Source of the DNA: Octopus sinensis
Lineage: Eukaryota
Assembly: GCF_006345805.1 (NCBI RefSeq)
Contig: NW_021832829.1
Coordinates: 372,001-436,000, forward strand
Length of the DNA stretch: 64,000 nt
Direction: 5' to 3'
The notes under the pieces are model-generated. The model searched no databases, was not told the DNA's origin, and saw nothing but the letters and a program-made list of their open reading frames with translations. Positions 13,256-25,899 of this stretch are shown here, piece by piece (positions within the stretch are counted from its first letter, which is position 1; the number at the start of each line of letters is the position of its first letter). The position numbers were made by a program, and so were the translations under genes.

Positions 13256-13355
13256 CTCTGGGTAGCACAGTGGTTAGGGGTCGGGCTAGAGTGATATATG
13301 TCGCGGGTTTGAAAATTCCTCGCATCTACAATGTTAAAATGGTTTGACGAGTGAC
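13256..13355 (+). mobile_element. tRNA-derived SINE-like head
   Basis: A box TAGCACAGTGG and degenerate B box GGGTTTGAAAATTCC. Shares the 12-mer TTGACGAGTGAC with the 3802 insert. Confidence 0.4.
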
Positions 13356-13979
13356 GCTGTCATCATCTGATACTCACTGCGCAATCTCATCACACGCAAG
13401 TATGCGAGGCTCTAAAGTACTATTGCTTTCGAGATAAGGCTATTATTAAGCCTCTTATTCTCTGCCAGGACAAAACAATGATAGGCAGATTACTTACTCT
13501 CCTTTTTATCGAACAATTTCGATAGTTTCAACTTTACTGTCTTTTAACTGCATATTTAATGTATTTGACAAATAGATAAAAGCATGAGTGAGCACGTTTA
13601 AAATCGGTATTAAACACTGTAAGAGATTTACTTTTTCCGCAAATCTGACGACTTTAAACAAATGTGATTAATTGTGTGTCAGCAACATTCAGGCAATTGG
13701 TTTTGATGTCATCCTCAATATTCGGTCTTGGACGATGAGTCTATTTTATGTCAAGAAGTTCTGAAAAACCATAAATTTCGAAATAAAATATTCAGAAACG
13801 ATTTGTTTATACTGTTGACTTTCAGCTTTAAGATAATTAAGGCTCCGAGCCAGTACTTAATAGCTAGATTTTTATTAAAAATTTCTTTTTATTAAAAAAA
13901 TTCAAATTAATAAAAAAATTATTAAGGCTTCTCAGTATTATTATTGATAGAATTTTCGAAAAACCAAAAAAGTAATCTA

Positions 13980-15560
13980 CAGTCCGACCTCGATTTGGAA
14001 CAGACCTCGGGGCTGGAACACCTCAGTTTTTGGAACACTTTGTAGGATCTCTGCCTAGAATAAATAATTCCTTTTAAATGAAAACCTCGATTTGGAACAA
14101 AATTTATTATTATTTATTTCTAGTCATTAAAAAAATTAATTAATTTGGATTAAAAAAAACTCCACGCCAAATCATTATGAGTCTCAGTTACGAGAAAAAG
14201 GTTGAAATTGCTCGACAACTAAAAAGTCATTCACACAGAGTACTTGCTCAAAAATATGAAACGAGCATTGGCACAATTGCTCGAATAAAAAAAAACGATT
14301 AGGCCGCAAATAACCTGTGGGAACATTATTCCAAATTTTCGGACTGAAACAAAAACTGACGATATTTTTAAAACATTGGATAGTAAAGTTCTCGACGTTT
14401 TTCAACAATTACGGCTCCAAAATGTTCCAGTTTCTGGTCCTCTTATCAAAAAAATTGGTAATTTTACTTTTTCTCACATTGTTTTAAGGTTTGAAAATTG
14501 CCGGTAAATTGAACATTACAAGCTTTAAAGCATCGAATGGTTGGTTAATGAATTTTAAAAAAAGACATGAACTCAAATTCAAAATCCTTAGCGGCGAAAA
14601 AAACTCTAATCGTGATGGAATTCAATCATTTTTAAAAGTTTTCCATGAAAAAATTGATCAATTTGGAAAAAATAATATCTTTAAAATTGATGAAACTTGT
14701 CTTTTTATAAAAAAGACCCCAAAAAAATCATTCGTACACAAAAATAAAAAAGCCTCAGGGTCTAAAATAAATAAGGAAAAAATTTCTTTGCTCTTTTGCT
14801 GCAGTTATTCAGGCCAAAAATTTGCTCCTTTAATAATCGGGAAATTTAAAAATCCCAGATGTTTCAGAAATTTTAACCCTGAGGATTATGGTGCTATGTA
14901 CTCATCTTCCAAAAATGCCTGAATGACAAGAGATATTTTTATTCAATGGTTATTCTTACTGAATGAACGAATGAAAATGGAAAAGAGAAAAATTTTAATA
15001 ATTCTTGATAACGCTTCGTGTCATGAAAATAAATTGCTCTCAAATATCGAATTGCTGTTTTTACCCAAAAATACAACTCCAATTCTTCAACCATTGGATA
15101 ATGGGATAATCAAAGCTTTTAAAGATAATTATTCGAAGGCGTTAATCGAATTTATTTGTTGTATAAATGAAGAAGATTTTTACTGCGACTTACTTAAAAA
15201 AAATTAATTTACGCCAATCATTGATAATAGTATCGAAATCGTGGCAAAATGTATCCTCCGAAATAATTACAAATTGTTGGGATAATACTTTCGGCAATGA
15301 AATATTTGTTGTTTCTGATAATCTGACGGATGATGTTATAGAACAAGTTGTAGACGAAGCAGCGATAATGAAGAAATTTTTTACAGTGGTATGCAAAATA
15401 AACAGACTATACGGTCAAAGAAGTAGTAACAAAAGTGAATGAATTGGAAGAATCAGTTCTAGACATAGCTCCAATTTTGTTAAATGATTTTTACTGTTTC
15501 AGACAAAATTTGTTCAGTAGTTTGAAGAAAAATTATGGTTATGGAAAAAGGATCTATGAC
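13980..15560 (+). mobile_element. pogo/Tigger (CENP-B HTH plus DDE_1) transposon, 3'-truncated, with a micro-intron
   Basis: TA|cagtccgacctcgatttggaaca left end; ATG at 14177. Motifs FKASNGW, IDETCLF, ILDNASCH and QPLDNGII. A 31-nt intron at 14458-14488 restores the frame (GPLIKKI|GLKIAGKL). Stops and frameshifts are present. Confidence 0.88.
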
Positions 15561-15564
15561 TATA

Positions 15565-15755
15565 CCATTTTCAGTTCAAGTTTGACATTTTTTATACCAA
15601 TTTTGAAAATGCGACATTCAATTTTGATATTTTTTGCATCAATTTTGACAATGCAATAAGCAATATTGACATTTTTTAAATCGGTTTTGACAATGCGATA
15701 TTCAAATTTGACAATGCGGCATTCAATTTTGACACTTTTTACATCAATTTTGACT
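15565..15755. repeat. 21-bp tandem repeat arm (left)
   Basis: Units of type ttttgacaatgcaacattcaa / ttttgacattttttacatcaa. Confidence 0.9.
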
Positions 15756-17004
15756 TTTGCCGATTTGTCATTTATTTTATATTTTCTGATTCGCCGTCCC
15801 TGTACGAATTTTATGTCAAGAACAAATTCAAGAGTGTCAGAAGCTACAAGAAGAGCACTTATAAATAAGGATGAAGAGGGCGGTGATTATATACAGCTTG
15901 CTCGCGATCTTGGTGTCAAGAGGACAACAGCTATAGCCATTGTAAAAGTGGAAATCCGTATCTTTGTAAATGTGGAGGTAGAAGGGATGCTACGATAAAA
16001 CTTACGGATGATGATATGAATTTGATAATTGAAACAATTGAGAATAATCCATCGATAACATTGAAGGAATTACGAAAATTGGTAAATAATAAAGTTTGTA
16101 TTGCGACAATATATAACCGACTTGATGGGCGATTGACTACCTACAAAATGCTGCGAAGAGAACCAATTTCTAGGAATAGTCCGGAAAATATAGAAAAAAG
16201 AAAAATATTTTCATTGGATTATCAACGTAATACAAATAGAAAAATACATTTGGACGAAACAAATTTTAATCTTTTTACGTTAAAAAAATTCGGCCGATCC
16301 TTTACAGGATCACGTGCAATAGTTCCAGTAAGAGCAAGCAAAGGAGTGAATCTTAACGTTATTTTGGCAATTGATGACAATAGAACAATTGTGAGATTTG
16401 AATCACACATTGGATCTATAAAATCGAAATTTTGCAATTTTATGACGGCATTATCGGACAGTTTAGCTGGAGAGGAAATTATTATTTATATGGATAATGC
16501 TCTAATCCATAAAAAACAAGGAAATTTTGAAGGCGTGAGAGTAGAACATACAATTCGAAGATTTGATGCACCATATTCTCCGCAGCTAAATCCATGCGAA
16601 GGCTGTTTTTCGATCATCAAGGCTGAGATTAAGACATATTCATCCAATCACAATAATCCTCATAACGATGTTCATGCAGCAGGAAATGGAACGCTGACGG
16701 AATTTCGAGCACTATTATTACAAAATTCCTTAGAATATTCTATGACAAATCTAACTCGCGAGAAAATACGGAATTTTTACAGAAATGCAGAAAAAATTAT
16801 TGCACGATTGGGATTCCATTAACCTGACCTGATTAATAAATTGTCTTTATTAACTCTCATCTTGATTTAGCCGCATAGAAAAGTCCTTATGTGTGTCCGT
16901 TATAAAAATATTTGTCAAAATTGATCTAAAAAATGTCAAAATTGAATATCGCATTGTCAAAACCGATGTAAAAAATGTCAATATTGCTTATTGCATTGTC
17001 AAAA

Positions 17005-19129
17005 TTTTTTTTTTGTGAAAACTATTAACTAAAAAGAGTTCTTGTCTAGTTATTCTCTAATGCAGTTATTTTGAACTTCATAAGATGGCCTGGCAGTTCC
17101 CTCGGACGATCGCCAACGAGACTCTTTGGAAAAGATGACGAGTCTCGTTGGGATCCTTGTTTCGTCTGGCAATCTTCGACCCCAGCCGACGAAGGAAAGA
17201 AAGCGATTCTGGGCCGATGACCCCGGATGTCTCCACGGCTACTGGCGCAAAAATGTGGTTTCTAGCCAGGTACGAGTATTTTCTTGTTTTTGTGACCTCC
17301 GCATGTCTTGCCGCTGAGCCGGGCTCAGCAACTGAAGAGATCAGGTTATGCGGGGAGAATGTGTCGGAGCATGTCGCGTCCCAGATGAGGCATTTCCCGT
17401 GATCGAAGGGAAATGTTGTCATGCCATCTGGGCGCTTTCCATCCCCGCGATCCAACCCGACTGGTTCCAGCACATTAGGGAATCCCGCAGATGCCAGCGC
17501 GCGGCTCACCACATCATTAAGCCCAGAGTGTCGAGGGAAACGTCCAGCGCTACGCCGGCAGGATAGCGGGTGCAGTCCTAGGGTGTCAATCATCTGGCCG
17601 CAGCGGCATTGATGTTCACGGCAGATGTTTAATCCCAAGCGCAGAGAGACTGCGATGCGGAGGCATTCGTTATTCAGTAATGTCCCGACTGACACCATTG
17701 GGATAGCTGTCAGCCAGGCTCCCGAATACTTTTGGGACCCAGCAAGCAGGCAGCTCAGGCGGGGTTGATCAAGTTTACACTTGAGGAGGAAAAACTTGTG
17801 GTCCGAATAAATTCCGTCCCACTGCCGCTGTTTGGTCGAATCATCAGGAGCTTTGAGACCATTAGCGGACCAGCATCTGACAGCCGAAGAGAACTCAGTG
17901 TCCACGGGGGATTCAATAGCGGATTGGAGAATCTCGTGGACCAGAGAGCTGGTGGCGTGAACAGAGGAAAGAAATGCTGGCAGGGAAAGATCGGCGGCAG
18001 AGCGCACACCGATGCCACCGTGGTTAACCGGGAGGATTGCCTGCTCCCAGCCGAGGTCATCAAACGGGGCATTACAAATTGCTTCGAGGCATGCCCTGAG
18101 GGCACGGTCGAAGCTGAAGAGGCCCACGTGATTTGTAAAACAGGGGGCACTTCGGAGGGTGAACATTAGCTTGGGGATCGCGAAGCAATTCTTCAATAGA
18201 AATAAAGCCGCATGGGAATCAATTGTCGTGAGCTTACTGGACATAGATATGAGATTCGAGGTTTTTTCGGACAGAGTTTGATCCACTCCAGTGTTGAATA
18301 TGGGGGAGCCCAAAATCTTGAGATTCGATGGCGTGGTGACTTGAATGTTCGATAAAAGCAAGTTGAAGGAACGAAGAATATCGGAAAAATGGTGCGGGTC
18401 GTAACTGATGTTTATGATTTCAGATTTATTAGAATTGACTTCGAGACCAATGGCGTGCAATGAAGGGATTATGATTCTCAGGTCATCAAGAACGGATTCA
18501 GATGTAACACCTATGGTGGCGTCGTCCAAGTACCAAACGTTGAATTTGGATGATACATTCCTGGCAACGTTATCCACAGCCAGAGCGAAAAGGAGAGGGC
18601 CCAAAGGGTCACCTTGCTGTACTCCATTACTAGACGGGATTGTCTGATTACCAGCGACAAGGAGGCTGGGCTGGCCGTAGGCCAACGCGACGAGACGGGA
18701 GATTGCTGGACAGCGACGGGTAGCGGATTCGAAAAAAGTGTCATGACGCACACAGTTGAAAGCATTAGCCAAGTCTATCTTGATAAGAAGACAAGGCTTG
18801 TCTTGCCGATCTTGAGAGGCAATCACAAACTTCCTCGTGGCGTGGACTGCTGCTTCGCAGCCACCCCGAACTCCTACGCCGAGTTGTATTGGGCGTAATT
18901 CGGACCCCAGCAATTTGATGGCTTGTCTGCAAGCTACCTTCGACGCCAGACGGCGGAAGAGGCAACCCACGGCGATGGAACGGACACCGCTTTCCTTTTT
19001 CCTCAGGGCAGTGAGATTAGCGGCAAAAAATAGGTCGCGGGCATACTCGGAGATTTCTCCGTTCAAAATTCGGTTCGTAAGAGCCGTTAGGGACGATAGG
19101 AGGTGCTGACCGGCTTCACAAGTTTGGGG
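17005..19129 (-). mobile_element. CRE retrotransposon, 5'-truncated, with intact RT-CCHC-REL ORF
   Basis: 662-aa ORF 17078-19066 with LRPIQLGVG, DLANAFN, GVQQGDPLGPLLF, WYLDD, CRCG..HPLSC..RH, GKRPDG and WDATC. A10 tail at 17005-17014. Confidence 0.95.
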
Positions 19130-19157
19130 AAATATTTAGCAGGTTTGCCGCTTTCAA

Positions 19158-19363
19158 AATTGAATGTTGCATTGTCAAAATTGATCTAAAAAATGTCAAA
19201 ATTGAATATCGCATTGTCAAAACCGATGTAAAAAATGTCAATATTGATTATTGCATTGTCAAAATTGAATGTTGCATTGTCAAAATTGAATGTTGCATTG
19301 TCAAAATTGAATGTCGCATTTTCAAAATTGGTATAAAAAGTGTCAAACTTGAACTGAAAATGG
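19158..19363. repeat. 21-bp tandem repeat arm (right, inverted)
   Basis: Units attgaatgttgcattgtcaaa. Ends ...cttgaactgaaaatgg, the reverse complement of 15565 onward. Confidence 0.9.
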
Positions 19364-19366
19364 AGA

Positions 19367-19960
19367 AAATATTTAGCAGGTTTGCCGCTTTCAACCGAAT
19401 TTTGTCGATTTTTGATTGATTGTTTGCGCTTAAGTTTGTTCCCCAGATTCCGCACGCATAGCCGATCGTAGGTTCCATGTATTGATTATATATGTTGTTT
19501 AGGCCATATAGGCATTTGCATTCTCCTGCGTTCTTCAGGAAGGCATTCAGGAAGTTAATCTTTCTTGAACCCGCCATAACTACATTTTCGACGTGGGTTG
19601 AAAAGGTTAGAAAGGTGTCGAATGTAACACCAAGAATCTTCTGGGTTTTGCTCTGCGGTATAATTTCCCCGTCTAACTTCGCTTCAATTGAGACTTTCCC
19701 AAGCCTTCTGTTTTTCGTAAACAGAGTCAAAATAGATTTTTCCGGACTTGCCTCCAGTTCGTTTTTATATAGCCATGATTGTTGAGGTTATCCTGTATTC
19801 TATCCGTTGCTTTTATTATGCTCACATCCCTTGATGCGACGATAATATCATCTGCATATAGTAATAACAGATCGTTGTCCCCTGCTGGCTGTGGTATGTC
19901 GTTCATCATGAGATTGAATAAAAGTGGAGATAGTGGAGAACCCTGATGTTGAATGTTGAA
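19367..19960 (-). mobile_element. Jockey/I-like LINE RT C-terminal fragment
   Basis: QGSPLSPLLFNLMMND..YADD, then KILGVTFD..LTFSTHV after a frameshift. Confidence 0.85.
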
Positions 19961-20443
19961 AACTACTGATTATATAGAACGAAAATATAATCATAAAATA
20001 ATGATAGTTCATCCGTAAGGATAAACAATTAATCAAATTTTATTTACATGAATGTACTCCTCAGTATTATTATTTATAGCATAAATGAAATTCCCAATTC
20101 GTAGTAAATAAAAAGATAACAAAATTTTTCTTGTGCCCAAATATTGATAAATTCCTAGTTTTTTAAGATAGAGAATTTCTATTCAACAAGACTTGTGATG
20201 ATAGATATTAAAAACTGTAACGCAGCTTGCAATTATGATCAAAATTGTATTTATTTCCAGTTAAAAAAAAAAAAAATTCGTCACTATGTTAAAACGGCCA
20301 ATATGAAAAAATATTCGTTTGTACCTATTGCCTGTTTTTGATAAAAAAGACATTGTGTACAGACTGAGTACCTTATTCAAAAAGTATTTAAAATAAATGA
20401 GGTCATTTTGATCTTACGATAAAAAAGCTAATTAGATACAAAG

Positions 20444-22336
20444 TCAAATTTTTAGTTTAAGATTATCAATAACGTTTTGTAAGTCTTGGGCAGGGAATGG
20501 GTACTAAATAATAACAACTTATAAGTAACCAAATGTTTGTTGGTTATGAAGAAGGCTACAAGCCTCGGGAGGGTTGCAGAATTAATAAATTGTCCGAATT
20601 TGTGAATGATTTGCACGGCAATCGAAAACATAGAAGGACTCAGCTGATCCCCAGTCATCTGCCAAAATATATACGACAAATACAGGCATCAGGATGTTAA
20701 ATACGCAACTCGAGAAATTGTCGCTGGCCACTCTGTTATGTAATATAAAGTTAGTGAATGAGGAATGGAGCATAAGTTGGAGCAAGGCCAAATCAAATAC
20801 CCCGAACGACAAAAAACGAGGGAGTGCATTGAAAAGGTCAATTATAACATGAGGAGATGTTTTGTTGCTCAGCTTATTTTCGATAAATCCATAAAGCAGT
20901 CGTCTCGTAGATATGTCGTTTTTGCATAGAGACAAAAGCTGCGCGGGAATCTCCACATTCTTTATCATTTTTTGACTCCCAGAGTTCTTTTCCGGGCATA
21001 AAATCAAAGTGGAATTCTTTTTCTGAAGTGAAATGCTTTTTAATTTTATTTTGATTTCATCGTTGAGAATGCAAATAAGCGGGAGAGTCTGAGTTATTAT
21101 CACCTTAGACTGAAAATGAAAACGAAACACCAACTTGTTCGAAAGGGTATTTCTTCTTTAAAATGAAGGTCTGTGAGTTGGAGGCGAATACAAAAATGGA
21201 GACAAGGTCACACAAATATTTACAATCCTAAAGATGAGGAGGCATTAAATACCCGAGGTAGTTTGCCTTTGAAGTTATCGAGGGACCGAATAATGGCACT
21301 GAGGAGTGCGTGGTAGTTGTAGACGTCAGACAATATGAAAGCTACCCTACGTAATAGAAAAATATTATATACTCGACAGAACTGTCCGAAACATGACTAA
21401 TGAGTGACAGTCTGTCGATGTCGACGTCCAACCTCAGCTTACGTACTAGGGAATGGCAGCAATCGGAACTCGTTATATCCTTAATCTAAAATAGAAATGC
21501 GAATAATAAACATTTCTTTTAGACAATTCAAGAAGTAACTGACAACGAAGAGTGGCGTATAAAGTATCGCCAGTTTTGACATATTCATCCATCATGCAAT
21601 CAATCGCAATCTGGTATAATTTGTAATTATTCCCGATCAAATCACAAAGCTGAATAACTTGTGGAAATGTGTTGGACACAACTTGTTTAATGAATGCCTG
21701 AGATTTAAATTAATTATGAAAACCAAATCATGTGGAATGGACAACATTCGAGTTCTTTGTTGGGCAACATAGTCCAACAGCAAGGGCTGAATCTCTTCTC
21801 GAAATATTGCATTCGAATCCTTCTGCCACACAAGTCTTTTCAACTCCAAAGGACAAATCTCTTTAAAACTGTCATAATCTTGGGCCAGAATTTCAATTTG
21901 TTGTTTAGAGGGATTTTCTTGCCTAGCAATCGCATTTATGAGTATTTTTTGTAGTTCTTTGATTTTCAGGCATCTAATATACTTCTTTGAAAACTTTTGA
22001 AGCTTCAAACTTCCGTTAATATCTTTCTCGTTCCCAATAGAGCATATTTTGTTCAATAAGCGGGTATGTAAAATGTCAAATATGATATAATTTATGTCAG
22101 ATCTTTGATATTTCGTCAATTCTATTATACCTTCTCATTTGTAGTTTATCGGTTAGACCGAGAAGGGCGGTCTGGCAAGAGATGGTGGTTGTCATAGAGT
22201 TTTGTAACTCTGTTATGGTTTCAAGAGGATTTTCTGTTATTGATAGTATATGATGGATGTAATTAGGTCCATCGTAAAGCGGATCTGGTTGGCATTTTCT
22301 TAAAAAATTACTCACAAGAAACACTAACTACCTCAT
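20444..22336 (-). CDS. NELFB: Negative elongation factor B (COBRA1), multi-exon; start uncertain
   Basis: Exons EICPLELKRLVWQ...FREEIQPLL, LIGNNYKLY...YATLRCQLL and CCHSL align to NELF-B. Several 24-28 nt GT-AG introns restore the frame. Confidence 0.85.
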
Positions 22337-22492
22337 CCACCACACACGATAAAAAGAAAATTTTCTTCAATTGAAATATAATTAATATTATTAAAATATC
22401 TAATGTTTCAATTAAGTTATTTAAACAAGAAACTTGATTTTTTAATCATACTTGCGAAAGTGGTGTCTTTCTAAGATGTCTAATTAATCGGA

Positions 22493-22675
22493 ATGGTGAC
22501 GGAGGCTTGGAAATCAAAAGGAGAATTTCCATGGACGGAGTGCTTTCCTGCAAATGAACAATATATTGAAAAGCACAGATATTTGCTTAAGGACCAAATG
22601 CAGTACCGGGAGAGGTGGAGAAAACTTGCTTATGAAATCTCCAAGGGTCGGACACGACTTAATTTGATAACCTAA
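22493..22675 (+). CDS. Possible small protein (60 aa), divergent from NELFB, unidentified
   Basis: ATG-initiated and GC-richer than its flanks, about 155 bp from the NELFB start. No homolog recognised. Confidence 0.3.
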   Translation: MVTEAWKSKGEFPWTECFPANEQYIEKHRYLLKDQMQYRERWRKLAYEISKGRTRLNLIT

Positions 22676-22854
22676 CTTAGCACGTAGTGAAGTGGGAAGT
22701 GTGGTGTCAAAATGTGTTTATTGTTCAATAAATTGTTAATTATAGTAATTTTAGTCAAAGCGATTATTTCAAATTAAATCAAAGATTGCGCCCATCATTA
22801 CTTTTATTTTGATAGATCATTGTGGAGGTTGGTTAGTGTAAGGCTAAACTTCTT

Positions 22855-23740
22855 TTTTCAGGATTGTATCTTCTTGTCCATAGGTTACTTTAAAAATCAC
22901 CCTAATCAACTTTGGACTTTGATATTGACTCCGCCTGGAAACAAAATCATACTGAACTCCCTTCCGATGTCACTTCTGGGCGGGATTGGAATAAAATTTT
23001 TTTCCGCCAATCTTCAGCTTACTTGGAACCGCTCCTCGATTAACACAGATTGGCCTGTATCTGTACCGCCTGTCAGCTATACTCAGGCTCCTGGCTTAAT
23101 GTACTCTGCATTCGGATACTCTCTTCGATAGGAATTAACTCCGTTTGAGTATCTGTAATCGCCTCGGACTTTCTGTTTGCAGACCTCACCCTTACCGTTG
23201 TGGTAGTAAGGTTGACGCTTTTGGGCTCCATCCTCTCTCTTGTAGAATAAATGCCAGCCGATCTCTTTAGCACACTGAAATCAATTAACTAATCCACAAA
23301 ACACATGAAAGACCAGATTTCCCTACAGTTCTGGAACCGACAGGCCTTGCCTTTGAAGAACCAAAACGTTCTGATGGCTGTACGCTATTCGCATTTGAAT
23401 TCGGAAAACAGCTTGTTTGGGATGTCACCTGTGCTGACCCTTTCGCCAAGGGAGCTTTGAATTCTACTGCTTGACGACCCGGTTCGTCGGCTGAAAAGGC
23501 CGAATCTATGAAACTGTCGAAGTATGGTCATTTTTGCAAACTCTTTTGCTTTTGGGCAATTGTCATAGAGATGTCCTGTGTTTTCGGTGCCAAGACTCTT
23601 GCTCGTCTTATGAAACTTGGTCGTTTGTGCACCCATTGTTCTAGAGATGCCAGAAAATTTACATTCCTTATTGAGAGGATTTTGCTGGCCGTTTTACGAG
23701 GGAATTGTCTCTTAATTTCGCAAGCCGGTTTTGGCTAATG
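22855..23740 (+). mobile_element. Degenerate CRE 3' fragment (same subfamily as 60765-62860)
   Basis: SGSWLN, LEPTG...VWDVTCAD and AVLRGN in broken frames. Nucleotide similarity to the reverse complement of 60800-61350. Confidence 0.85.
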
Positions 23741-23799
23741 TTTGTTTCTTTTTTTCTTTCTTGTTACGTTCAAAAAATATTCGGACTTAAAAAAAGAAC

Positions 23800-24800
23800 T
23801 AACTATTTCGCTATAATATTAAAAACCATAGAACAGATTAATCTCAATCTACCTACTGAAACTTTGTGGAATAAACTCGTAAACAAAATAAAATCAGTGA
23901 CTAATAATACGACTGCAACCATTCCCAAAACCTTCAAAGGAATCCACGACCCTCAATAGAATTGGTAATCTCTTCGGAAATAATAAAAACCCCACTACAT
24001 TGAATATTGGAGCTAGCCAAAATGGATTTGTCTCTAGAAAATTAACTTCCGATGCCTTTTGGAGTCACAAATGAATGTGTGCAGCATGTCAAAAATATAA
24101 AGAGGAGTATCATATAATGGGAATCGGTTTATCTAAAGTATTTGACTAAAATACTTGACTCAATAAGCAGAGTCAAGATAATACAATTATTAGCATTACT
24201 ATTCGAGAAAGATTGCATTCAAATAATTCGTTATCTACTTCCCTCCACTCAACTATTTATTCGGTTGGGAAAACAGAAATCAAACAGAAACGTCCTATCG
24301 CTTAACGGTAAAAAATATCTGCTTCTTTAAAAATCAAATTATACAACATGTTCGTTAAACCAGTCTTAATGTACAACTGCTTTACCTGGGCACTCACAAT
24401 ACATAAAATAGAAAGTCTGAACTTATTTCATAGAATTCAGCTCAGATACATTTTAAGAATTTTCTGGCTAAAGGCCTGGACGGATAAATAAGAAGTAACA
24501 GATATTGTTTATTCGCTCACATCTTAAAAATGGACAGGAACACTTTCGCTAATCTCAGGATGGAAAACCACTACGGACCTCATCCGGAATCGACTTTCTG
24601 GAAAAGACCACAAATTATTCTACCAACCATTCTACATCAAAACCTAAATTTAATCGGGAAAGGGTTTACATCGTCAGACTATCTTGAGCTCTTGAGAGAA
24701 ATTTCGCGGAACAAAGAGAACTGGAAACGATTAACAAAACGTATCCTGGAGCAGGTGGCACAGGCAGATTACTGTTCTAACGTTTTTTGAGGTGTGCTTA
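23800..24800 (+). mobile_element. RTE-like LINE remnant (C-terminal)
   Basis: KIKLYNMFVKPVLMYNCFTWALT...F..LR.IL.I.W, and C-terminal RP...L...L..NKENWK. Confidence 0.7.
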
Positions 24801-25088
24801 TTATTAATAATAACAAATAGAGAAAAGATGAATAACCGAGTAGTTCTGGTCAAATTTCACTAAAGTGACCGGTAGATTTGAACAAAACCAGCTGAGTTGT
24901 CACAAAAGCAACACTAACGGTGGAAGAAAGAAAATCCAAATGACTCTCAATAGAGGACTGGCAACCAATTATGAATATTCAAGTAAGTTTTGAGATTTAG
25001 GTTCTTTTAAAGGACCAGAATCAAGATAGCAAACAACATGAAACATTAAAAAATTTCTTATTATTAAAACATTGAAAATTTGTTAGAA

Positions 25089-25837
25089 CTACTCAACATA
25101 GTCAAAATCGTCAGGAACTCCAAATTGAGCAGCAAACGACTTGGTGTCGATATCATATTTTCTACGCATCCAACACTGCAAGGCAAACATATTGTCTAAG
25201 AAATATGCAGATCTATCAACCGGTCCATCGATCGACTGCCCGTTTTACTAAAATCACGTCGTCCTTCAATTTATCGAACATGACTGGGTCACAATCGCTG
25301 TACTTTTCAAGTTCATTCTCTAACATTCTTCTTCGCTGGGTCAATTCATCTAACACCCCTAATAAATGGTTCCTCTCATCCTTTTGTCACTTTATAGCAT
25401 TATTACTGAGTTTTGACGGACAGATGCCAGGTTCTCGCTTTTTTGGTTGAGGAAGGCTATTTTGTCTTGGTGTTTTTGAATATCCAATTTTAGTTTATCG
25501 CATTTACTGCTTAGCTTAAGATGAAATGACAATAGCTACCATCAAAGCATTGTGGCTTGGGAAAGACCAAAAATATACCCCTGTCCCTATTTTTTCTGTT
25601 TCCACAAGGGAATCACTGACGAGGCTCATCAAAATTTCTTTGGCAACCATTGATGAAATTCCTTTTTCTTTTTGACATAGTTTTTCTATTTCTTTTAATT
25701 GAAAGAATTCTTTCTGTTGAGATCAATTTGTTGAATTACTTTTTCGTGAAAAAATTCAAGCATTCGATTTCTTTTTTCATCAAAACTAAGTCCTTTTTTC
25801 TTTGACTGAAATTACACAAAACACAACAACAAACCAT
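25089..25837 (-). CDS. MND1: Meiotic nuclear division protein 1, 6 exons
   Basis: Five introns (29, 26, 25, 26, 25 nt) give [36 protein letters not shown]...[14 protein letters not shown]...YSDCDP...RWTDNMF...[11 protein letters not shown]. Absent from the ORF track. Confidence 0.95.
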
Positions 25838-25899
25838 TCCCGCCTAAATTAAATTAAAAAAATTTTAAATAAATATGACAAATAATTAATGATTTCTTT

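Larger units (their letters stand above)
15565..19363 (+). mobile_element. Tc1/IS630-type DD34E transposon with long inverted arms built of 21-bp repeats (foldback-like), interrupted by CRE
   Basis: ATG at 15813, frameshift near 15945, ORF 16016-16822 with LDETNF, MDNALIH and NPCE (34 aa between D and E). The left arm 15565-15755 is the inverted match of about 19158-19363 and 16912-17006. Confidence 0.8.

Noticed and set aside
15435-15998. ORFs with repeating SILTM/ATFNFDN peptides (also 19186-19455)
   Set aside because: They are artefacts of the 21-bp repeat arms.
17126-19109. Numerous antisense or alternate-frame ORFs over CRE copies (also 4386-4842, 9435-10819, 34078-35293, 61613-62863)
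   Set aside because: They are shadow ORFs of GC-richer retrotransposon coding sequence with no independent motifs.
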